Source: Candidatus Shapirobacteria bacterium
Lineage (GTDB): Bacteria > Patescibacteriota > Microgenomatia > UBA12405
NCBI GenBank assembly: GCA_028704635.1
Contig: JAQWFB010000005.1
Coordinates: 26,223-90,222, forward strand
DNA: 64,000 nt
Reading direction: 5' to 3'
A program made the translations under genes and the position numbers. The notes under the pieces are model-generated. The model worked only from the letters and a program-made list of their open reading frames with translations. It had not been told where the DNA came from and ran no database searches. Positions 57,646 to 64,000 of this stretch are shown piece by piece; position 1 is the first letter of the stretch; every line of letters starts with the position of its first letter.

Positions 57646-58015
57646 AATTTTTCTATTTGTCATTTTTTTTACTAGCCTTTCTTTTTCTATTTATTCATTT
57701 ACTAATTCTTCTCAAGAAAAAATCAATCCGATTTCAGATAAAAACAATTTTTATTTTCAATTAGAACATGGTTTAAAAACTGCTCAAATTAATATTACAA
57801 AAAACACTATTAAGGATTATCAAAATCAATTAGAATTCTATATAATTAATGAAAGTAACAATCCAACCAAAATTATTTTATCTACTCAAAAAAATCCCTA
57901 TTGGCAGATTGCTTCTTTACAAGAAATTTTAAAAACAGCTAAAATTAATAATAAGCAACTGCAATTAGTTAATCTAAGTATCAACCATCCATATGCAACA
58001 TTCAAAAATAATTAA
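57632..58015 (+). CDS. Small bitopic protein at the ftsQ position (FtsQ/DivIB-like, tentative)
   Basis: N-terminal TM, 127 aa, immediately upstream of ftsA; no strong motif. Confidence 0.3.
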   Translation: MKFFKIFLFVIFFTSLSFSIYSFTNSSQEKINPISDKNNFYFQLEHGLKTAQINITKNTIKDYQNQLEFYIINESNNPTKIILSTQKNPYWQIASLQEILKTAKINNKQLQLVNLSINHPYATFKNN

Positions 58016-59249
58016 TGTAATCGACATTGGCACTTCAAAAGTTACCACACTAGTTGGGCAGTATTTAGATGCTGATGATAAATTTAACATCATTGCCGTT
58101 TCCTCAATTCCATCTCTTGGTTTTCGAAAAGGCCAAATAATTAACTTAGAACAAGCTTCTCAAACCATCACTCAAAGCATCGAATCTGCCGAAAGAATGG
58201 CTGGTTTTCAAATAAACAGTGCCAATATTTCTATTTCTGCTCCTCATATTGAATCAATTAATTCTCATGGTGTTGTTGCCATCAGTAATCCAAATGGTGA
58301 AATAGATATTAACGATATCACTCGTGTAACCGAAGCCGCCAAAGCTATTTCTTTGCCAAGTGGTAAAGAAATAATTCATATTATCCAAAGAAAATTTACT
58401 GTCGACGGCCAAGAAGGTGTCATTGACCCAATTGGAATGAACGGCATCCGACTCGAAGTTGAAGCTCATTTAATTTTAGCCTCTAGCCCGGCTCTTAAAA
58501 ATCTAAAAAAATGTCTTGAAGATATTGGTATTAAAGTCGAATCTTTAACTTATGCTGGTCTCAGCACAGCTACTGCTGCTCTAACCGACACTGAAAAAGA
58601 ACTCGGCGTTGCTCTGGTTGATATTGGTGGTAGTATTACCAATATTACTATTTTTATCGAAGGTTCCCCAGTATTTTCATCAGTCATTCCCATTGGTGCC
58701 AACAATGTTACTAATGACCTTGCTATTGGTCTTCGATTTTCCATTGAAGACGCTGAAAAAATAAAATTAAAATTAGCCAAATTGTTCGAAAACAAAAAAT
58801 TTGAAGATGAAGTTGAATTGTCCCATTTTGACATCCATTCCGAAGACAAGAAAAAAATTTCTCTCCAGACTGCCATTAATGGCATAATTAAACCTCGACT
58901 TGAAGAAATTTTTTGTTTAATTTATTCACAAATTGAAACCAGTGGTTTTCATCAATCAATTCCTGCCGGAATTGTTTTAACTGGTGGCGGCGCCATGACT
59001 GTTAATGCTAAAGAAATTTGCAACCGAACTATTCCTCTTCCACTAAGAATTGCCAATCCACCAAAAGTAGGTGGTATAGTTGATGATATTATGAATCCAG
59101 CTTATACTAGCACTATTGGTCTTTTGCTTTACAATAAAAATGTCAAAAAAGGCAGTGGTTCAAATACTAAAGGTATTAAAGCCCCCAAAATTTCCATGAG
59201 TGGATTTTTTGATAAGATCAAAAAAATACTAGAACCACTTTTACCCTAA
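57993..59249 (+). CDS. ftsA: Cell division protein FtsA
   Basis: Actin-fold motifs ..[14 protein letters not shown].., ..[11 protein letters not shown].., ..VLTGGGA.. Confidence 0.85.
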   Translation: MQHSKIINVIDIGTSKVTTLVGQYLDADDKFNIIAVSSIPSLGFRKGQIINLEQASQTITQSIESAERMAGFQINSANISISAPHIESINSHGVVAISNPNGEIDINDITRVTEAAKAISLPSGKEIIHIIQRKFTVDGQEGVIDPIGMNGIRLEVEAHLILASSPALKNLKKCLEDIGIKVESLTYAGLSTATAALTDTEKELGVALVDIGGSITNITIFIEGSPVFSSVIPIGANNVTNDLAIGLRFSIEDAEKIKLKLAKLFENKKFEDEVELSHFDIHSEDKKKISLQTAINGIIKPRLEEIFCLIYSQIETSGFHQSIPAGIVLTGGGAMTVNAKEICNRTIPLPLRIANPPKVGGIVDDIMNPAYTSTIGLLLYNKNVKKGSGSNTKGIKAPKISMSGFFDKIKKILEPLLP

Positions 59250-59251
59250 AT

Positions 59252-60430
59252 ATGGGATTAATTAAAACTCTTACTGGACAATTTGCCAAAATAAAAGTCA
59301 TCGGAGTCGGTGGCGGTGGTAATAATGCCATTAATTCAATGATTACCGAAGATGCCATCAAAGGTGTCGACTTCATCGCCGTTAATACTGATTCTCAAGC
59401 CCTCTTAAATTCTCTTGCTTCAATCAAAATCCAAATTGGTGAAAAATTAACCAAAGGTCTTGGTGCTGGAGGTAATCCCCAAATGGGACAAAAAGCCGCC
59501 GAAGAATCAAAAGAAAGAATCAAAGAAGTTTTACAAGGCACCGATATGGTTTTTGTCACTGGTGGTATGGGTGGCGGCACATGCACTGGAGCCGCTCCAA
59601 TTATTGCCCAAATCGCCAAAAAAGAATTAGGAATTTTAACTATTGGTGTTGTTACTAAACCATTTTTGTTTGAAGGCACTCGTCGTATGACCAATGCCGA
59701 AGAAGGAATTTCTCAATTAAGAGAAAATGTTGACACTTTAATTGTTATTCCCAATCAAAAAGTCATGGAAGTTGTCAACAATAAGGCAACACTTTTAGAA
59801 GCCTTTAAAATTGCTGATTCTGTTTTAAGCAAAGGAACTAAAGCCATCGCTGATTTAATCACTGTTCCTGGATTAATTAATCTAGATTTTGCCGATATTA
59901 AGGCTGTTATGAGTAATGCCGGCTCTGCTCTTATGGGAACAGGTGAAGCCGAAGGAGAAAATAAAATCCAAAAAGCCGTTGAAGACGCCATTGATTCTCC
60001 ATTAGTTGAAGTTAATATTGAAGGTGCTAGAGGAGTTTTGATTAATGTTACTGGCGGACCCGATATCACCATGTCTGAAATTGAAGAAGCCGCTAGAAAT
60101 ATTACTGAACGAACCGCTCCAGACGCCAATATTATTTTTGGAGCTACCATCGACAAAGAACTCAAAGGCAAAGTTAAGATTTCTGTTATCGCGACTGGGT
60201 TTGACACTAGTCGGGCTAATCTTTATCAGCATATTAAAAAACCACAACCAACTCTAATAAATTTACCAAATCAACCCAAACCCCAAACACAGGAAAATAA
60301 AAATACATTAGAAGAATCAAATCTTAGTGATAATCGAATAAAAGAATTCTTAAATACTAAAGAAGTTCCCACTGGCATCGATATCATCGACGAATACGAT
60401 ATCCCTGCTTTCCTGAGAAAAAATAAATAA
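59252..60430 (+). CDS. ftsZ: Cell division GTPase FtsZ
   Basis: ..[17 protein letters not shown].. and ..[12 protein letters not shown].. tubulin signature. Confidence 0.9.
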   Translation: MGLIKTLTGQFAKIKVIGVGGGGNNAINSMITEDAIKGVDFIAVNTDSQALLNSLASIKIQIGEKLTKGLGAGGNPQMGQKAAEESKERIKEVLQGTDMVFVTGGMGGGTCTGAAPIIAQIAKKELGILTIGVVTKPFLFEGTRRMTNAEEGISQLRENVDTLIVIPNQKVMEVVNNKATLLEAFKIADSVLSKGTKAIADLITVPGLINLDFADIKAVMSNAGSALMGTGEAEGENKIQKAVEDAIDSPLVEVNIEGARGVLINVTGGPDITMSEIEEAARNITERTAPDANIIFGATIDKELKGKVKISVIATGFDTSRANLYQHIKKPQPTLINLPNQPKPQTQENKNTLEESNLSDNRIKEFLNTKEVPTGIDIIDEYDIPAFLRKNK

Positions 60431-60510
60431 AAAACGGCCAAAAACTAAAAACAAATATACCTTTCGGTATCAAATGTTTCAGCTTTCAGCCGTCATTTTT
60501 ATGGATGCTC
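60431..60510. repeat. Copy 1 of an ~80-bp conserved element (AAAAACGGCCAAAAACTAAAAACAAATA..ACCTTTCGGTAT..TTTCAGC.TTCAGCC..ATTTTTAT)
   Basis: About 88% identical to the copy at 60838-60918; contains the hairpin ATACC-TTTC-GGTAT; abuts the ftsZ stop and the stop of the small gene at 60510. Confidence 0.6.
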
Positions 60511-60683
60511 TAGAGGTTAAATGTCTTTTTGATCAGCCTCCAAGTAAAAACAAAAATAACAAACAAACATACAAGAAAAATAAATAAATGTTTGTCTGCC
60601 AAAATTTCCAAGGCTCCACCAATACCAAGTAATATACCTAAAACCAACACTATTAATACAAAATTACTCCAAAAACTTTTCAT
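60510..60683 (-). CDS. Small hydrophobic protein (57 aa from the ATG; the ORF track uses a GTG 3 codons upstream)
   Basis: GAAAGGAAAG SD 8 nt before the ATG; one or two TM helices. Confidence 0.4.
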   Translation of the reverse strand: MKSFWSNFVLIVLVLGILLGIGGALEILADKHLFIFLVCLFVIFVFTWRLIKKTFNL

Positions 60684-60837
60684 TAAATACACTTTCCTTT
60701 CACATCCAATTTTTTATGTACTTCTTTTACAGAAGAACTCAAAAGCTTAATTTCGAGTTATGTAAAAGATTGTATTAGTTTAATAACTTTCGTTATAAAA
60801 CTAACCTATAATATCACACAAGTATTAATTTGTCAAG

Positions 60838-60918
60838 AAAAACGGCCAAAAACTAAAAACAAATAACACCTTTCGGTATTAAAGTTTCAGCCTTCAGCCA
60901 TTATTTTTATAGATACTT
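60838..60918. repeat. Copy 2 of the ~80-bp conserved element
   Basis: Direct repeat of the 60431-60510 element; overlaps the 3' end of the small gene at 60907..61023. Confidence 0.6.
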
Positions 60919-61023
60919 GAAAATTGGATTATGGCCTATATGTAAAACATAAGCAGCAATTAATCCCGCTATCAAAGCCATTGCTAAAACACCAATTATC
61001 AAAACTTTTTTATCCTTTTCCAT
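60907..61023 (-). CDS. Small single-TM peptide (38 aa, MEKDKKVLIIGVLAMALIAGLIAAYVLHIGHNPIFKYL)
   Basis: Strong SD AAAGGAGTG 8 nt upstream of the ATG; not in the ORF track because it is under 60 aa. Confidence 0.45.
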   Translation of the reverse strand: MEKDKKVLIIGVLAMALIAGLIAAYVLHIGHNPIFKYL

Positions 61024-61186
61024 TCCCAAACACTCCTTTCTGTTTTCAAACACCAAAATTTCAAGTATCACTTTTTGTGTAACAATTTAGAAGCTTTTTT
61101 CCAAATTACAAAAACACGGTCTCATCGTATCACTTCTTATATTCTAAATCAACATATTAGCTTCAACTATAGTGTAAAATACTACT

Positions 61187-64000
61187 ATGTCTAAATTTAA
61201 AAATATTCCCAGCAATATCAGTTTTCCCGCCATGGAAGAAGAAATCATTTCTTTTTGGAAAGAAAACAAAATTTTTGAAAAATCAGTTGACCAAAGATCC
61301 AACGACAATGCCTACACTTTTTACGATGGCCCTCCATTTATAACCGGAATGCCCCATCATGGTCATTTATTGTCCAGTATTGCCAAAGATATTATTCCTC
61401 GATACCAAACCATGAAAAGTAAAAAAGTTAAACGAGTTTGGGGTTGGGATTGTCATGGCCTTCCTGCCGAAAATAAGGTTGAAGAAAGACTTGGTTTAAA
61501 ATCAAAAAAAGATATTGAACAAATTGGTATCCGTCGATATATTGATGAATGTTATTCTTATGTTCAAAATGTTTCTCAAGAATGGGAATGGTATATCGAC
61601 CATGTTGGTCGTTGGGTAGATTTTAAAAATGCCTATAAAACCATGGATTTAAACTACATGGAAACCGTTATGTGGGTTTTTTCCGAGCTATATAAAAAGG
61701 GATTAATTTATAAAGGTCGCCGAATTTCTTTGTATTGTCCTCGTTGTTCCACTCCGCTTTCAAATTTCGAAATCGCCATGGATAATTCCTATAAAGATGT
61801 CGAAGATCCAGCCATTTCTATTAAATTTAAGTTAAAAGATCGTGACGCTTATATTTTAGCTTGGACCACCACTCCTTGGACTCTTCCTGGGAATTTAGCC
61901 TTAGCTGTTAATAAAAACGAAACTTATGTTGAAGTTTTAGTCAATCAAGAAAATATAATTTTAGCCAAAGATAGGGTTGAATCTGTTTTAATTAATAAAG
62001 AATATAAAATAATTAAAGAATTTAAAGGTCAAGAATTAATTGGCCTTTCTTACCAACCCCTTTACAGCTTTTTTACTGAAACTCTTCCCGACTATAAAAT
62101 ATATCATGCCGATTTTGTTTCTATGACCGACGGTACTGGTATCGTTCATATTGCCCCTGGTTTTGGCGAAGATGATTCAGCCCTAGGTAAAGAAAATAAT
62201 TTATCTGTCATTGATCATGTTGATGACGAAGGAAAAATAATCGAACAAGTCACTCCTTTTGCTGGCCTTTTTGTTAAAAAAGCCGATCCATTAGTTATTG
62301 AAGATTTAAAAAATAGGAACCTGCTTTTCAAAGAAGAAAAAATCAAACACAGCTATCCTTTTTGTTATCGCTGTGGCACTCCATTAATTTATAAATCTCA
62401 AACTGCTTGGTATCTTAATGTTCAATCTATAAAAGATGGCATGAAAACCACCAATCAAAAAATAAATTGGATTCCAGAACATATTAAAAATGGTCGCTTT
62501 GGACAAGGAATTGAAACTGCTCCTGATTGGTGCCTTTCTCGATCTCGATATTGGGCCTCTCCAATTCCTGTTTGGGAATGTGATTGTGGAGAAAAATATG
62601 TTCCTAGTTCCATTGCTGATTTAGAAGCTAAATCTGGTCAAAAAGTAACCAATCTTCATAAACCAGAAATTGATGAAATTTTTATTAAATGTGATAAATG
62701 TGGAAAAGAAGTTCATCGGGTCACTGAAGTTTTAGATTGTTGGTTTGAATCTGGCGCCATGCCTTATGCTGAACGTCATTATCCATTTGATAATAAAGAT
62801 CAGTTAGAAAAAGAATTTCCCGCCGACTATATAGTTGAATATATTGGTCAAACTCGAGGTTGGTTTTACACCCTTCATGTTTTGTCTAATGCTTTATTTA
62901 AATCTGAATCGTTTAAAAATTGTGTTGTTACTGGCACTATTATGGGTACCGATGGTCGCAAAATGAGCAAACTGTTCAAAAACTATCCCGATCCAAAAAT
63001 GGTTCTTCAAAAATATGGCGGCGAAGCCATGCGTTTATATTTAATGGGCGGTGTCATTATGGTTGGTGAAAATATGAATATGAATGAAAAAGAAATAGAA
63101 GACAAAGTTAAATTTGTTCTTTTACCTCTTTGGAATTGTTTTAAATATCTCACCACTTATGCTCAAATGCACAATTGGACTCCAAACTTAAATTCAATTA
63201 ACAATTCTACTAATATTCTTGATCAATGGATTGTCACTAGAACTGATCAATTAACTCAAGAATTTGCCCAAGAATTGGATAAATATATTATTCCCAATGC
63301 TGTTAAATTAATAACTCCCTATATCGAAGATTTATCTCGTTGGTATATTCGTCAATCACGAGATCGATTTGTTAATGGCGATAAAGAAGCTCTTCAAACT
63401 CTATGGCAAGTTCTTATCCAATTTACCAAAACCGCAGCTCCATTAATTCCATTCATCACTGAATATTTTTACCAAAATTTGGTTTTACCCTTTGATTCCA
63501 AAGCCTCAGAATCTGTTCATCTAGAACTTTATCCAGAAACAAAACCAATTGACCAACAATTATTAGATAATATGGTTTATGTTCGAGAAATTTGCGAGCA
63601 GGGAAATATGATCAGAAAAACTAGTAATCTAAATACTAGACAACCTCTCTCAAAAGCCACTATTAACAATTCTCAAAAAATAGATTTAAGTTCCGACTTA
63701 ATTGAAATTATTAAAAATGAATTAAATATTAAAGATGTCGAAATTATTTTAGGAAAAAATAATCTAACAGTTACTCTCGACACTAACATTACTCCAGAAT
63801 TAAAAGCTGAAGGTGATGCTCGAGATTTAATTCGCCAAATTCAAAGTCTTCGTAAAGAAAATCAGTTAAATCTTAAAGATAAAATTAAAATTTTTGCACC
63901 AACTTGGCCAGCTGATTTTGAAAAAGAAATTTTAACAAAAACACTAGGCGTTAGTATTGAAAAATCAGAAAATGTCACGATCTCTTTGGCTACCAACACT
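61187..64000 (+). CDS. ileS: Isoleucine--tRNA ligase, type 2 (eukaryote-like), 5' partial running off the window (938 codons)
   Basis: ..FYDGPPFITGMPHHGH.. HIGH region typical of type-2 IleRS; KMSKL at ~62960; frame open to the window end. Confidence 0.85.
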   Translation, partial: MSKFKNIPSNISFPAMEEEIISFWKENKIFEKSVDQRSNDNAYTFYDGPPFITGMPHHGHLLSSIAKDIIPRYQTMKSKKVKRVWGWDCHGLPAENKVEERLGLKSKKDIEQIGIRRYIDECYSYVQNVSQEWEWYIDHVGRWVDFKNAYKTMDLNYMETVMWVFSELYKKGLIYKGRRISLYCPRCSTPLSNFEIAMDNSYKDVEDPAISIKFKLKDRDAYILAWTTTPWTLPGNLALAVNKNETYVEVLVNQENIILAKDRVESVLINKEYKIIKEFKGQELIGLSYQPLYSFFTETLPDYKIYHADFVSMTDGTGIVHIAPGFGEDDSALGKENNLSVIDHVDDEGKIIEQVTPFAGLFVKKADPLVIEDLKNRNLLFKEEKIKHSYPFCYRCGTPLIYKSQTAWYLNVQSIKDGMKTTNQKINWIPEHIKNGRFGQGIETAPDWCLSRSRYWASPIPVWECDCGEKYVPSSIADLEAKSGQKVTNLHKPEIDEIFIKCDKCGKEVHRVTEVLDCWFESGAMPYAERHYPFDNKDQLEKEFPADYIVEYIGQTRGWFYTLHVLSNALFKSESFKNCVVTGTIMGTDGRKMSKLFKNYPDPKMVLQKYGGEAMRLYLMGGVIMVGENMNMNEKEIEDKVKFVLLPLWNCFKYLTTYAQMHNWTPNLNSINNSTNILDQWIVTRTDQLTQEFAQELDKYIIPNAVKLITPYIEDLSRWYIRQSRDRFVNGDKEALQTLWQVLIQFTKTAAPLIPFITEYFYQNLVLPFDSKASESVHLELYPETKPIDQQLLDNMVYVREICEQGNMIRKTSNLNTRQPLSKATINNSQKIDLSSDLIEIIKNELNIKDVEIILGKNNLTVTLDTNITPELKAEGDARDLIRQIQSLRKENQLNLKDKIKIFAPTWPADFEKEILTKTLGVSIEKSENVTISLATNT

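Noticed and set aside
59755-60207. Antisense ORFs within ftsZ (150 aa, 81 aa), and similar shadow ORFs at 1357..1809, 3897..4169, 5470..5721, 8902..9153, 11374..11631, 18698..18889, 34475..34820, 42482..43007 and 58254..58885
   Set aside because: All lie fully inside well-supported genes on the opposite strand or in another frame. They have no SD and have the low-complexity composition expected from mirrored coding sequence.
60431-60918. CRISPR array or tRNA genes after ftsZ
   Set aside because: There are only two repeat copies, 80 bp long, ~330 bp apart and ~88% identical, with non-spacer-like coding sequence between them. No tRNA cloverleaf or GTTCRANYC T-arm motif is recognisable. I spotted no tRNA-like sequence anywhere in the window by eye.

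Overview
The window is AT-rich (roughly 30% GC by eye) and gene-dense, with coding mostly on the + strand. The small proteins, a short RecO, an alpha2-type GlyRS, a type-2 IleRS and murA inside the dcw cluster suggest a small-genome bacterium of the Patescibacteria/CPR type; this is inference. In order, the window contains the following. (i) A surface-glycan biosynthesis island of about 40 kb. It holds a DegT aminotransferase + PglD/NeuD-like acetyltransferase + nucleotidyltransferase module. On the minus strand there is a complete wbpB-wbpA-wbpD-wbpE-like operon for a UDP-2,3-diacetamido-2,3-dideoxy-hexuronic acid. The island also carries ugd, galE, manC, at least 11 GT2/GT4 glycosyltransferases, two Wzx-like flippases, a Wzy/ligase-like protein, a PglC-like initiating phosphoglycosyltransferase, two GT-C-like membrane proteins with a GtrB/ArnC-like GT2, an orphan ParA-like ATPase and a Fic protein with a degenerate active-site motif. 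(ii) recO and glyQS. (iii) A remodelled dcw cluster: rsmH, ftsL-like, ftsI, murE, a Bpt/ATE-like aminoacyl-tRNA transferase, murC/mpl, murA, mraY, a cytoplasmic NlpC/P60, a lysW-like zinc-ribbon gene on the opposite strand, a PLP fold-II enzyme, a Ddl-like ATP-grasp, ftsW, murG, an ftsQ-like gene, ftsA and ftsZ. murD, murF and a canonical ddl are not at their usual places. (iv) Two small single-TM peptide genes, each followed by a conserved element of about 80 bp. (v) The 5' 2.8 kb of a type-2 ileS. Three DNA-level signals stand out. A GC-rich heptanucleotide tandem repeat (CTACGAC)n with an identical 5' flank sits inside the ORFs of three unrelated glycan genes. An 850-bp convergent noncoding spacer carries two copies of a structured hairpin element. 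A 3' acetyltransferase gene remnant sits at a strand-switch junction. I found no CRISPR array, rRNA, tRNA or transposase/integrase.
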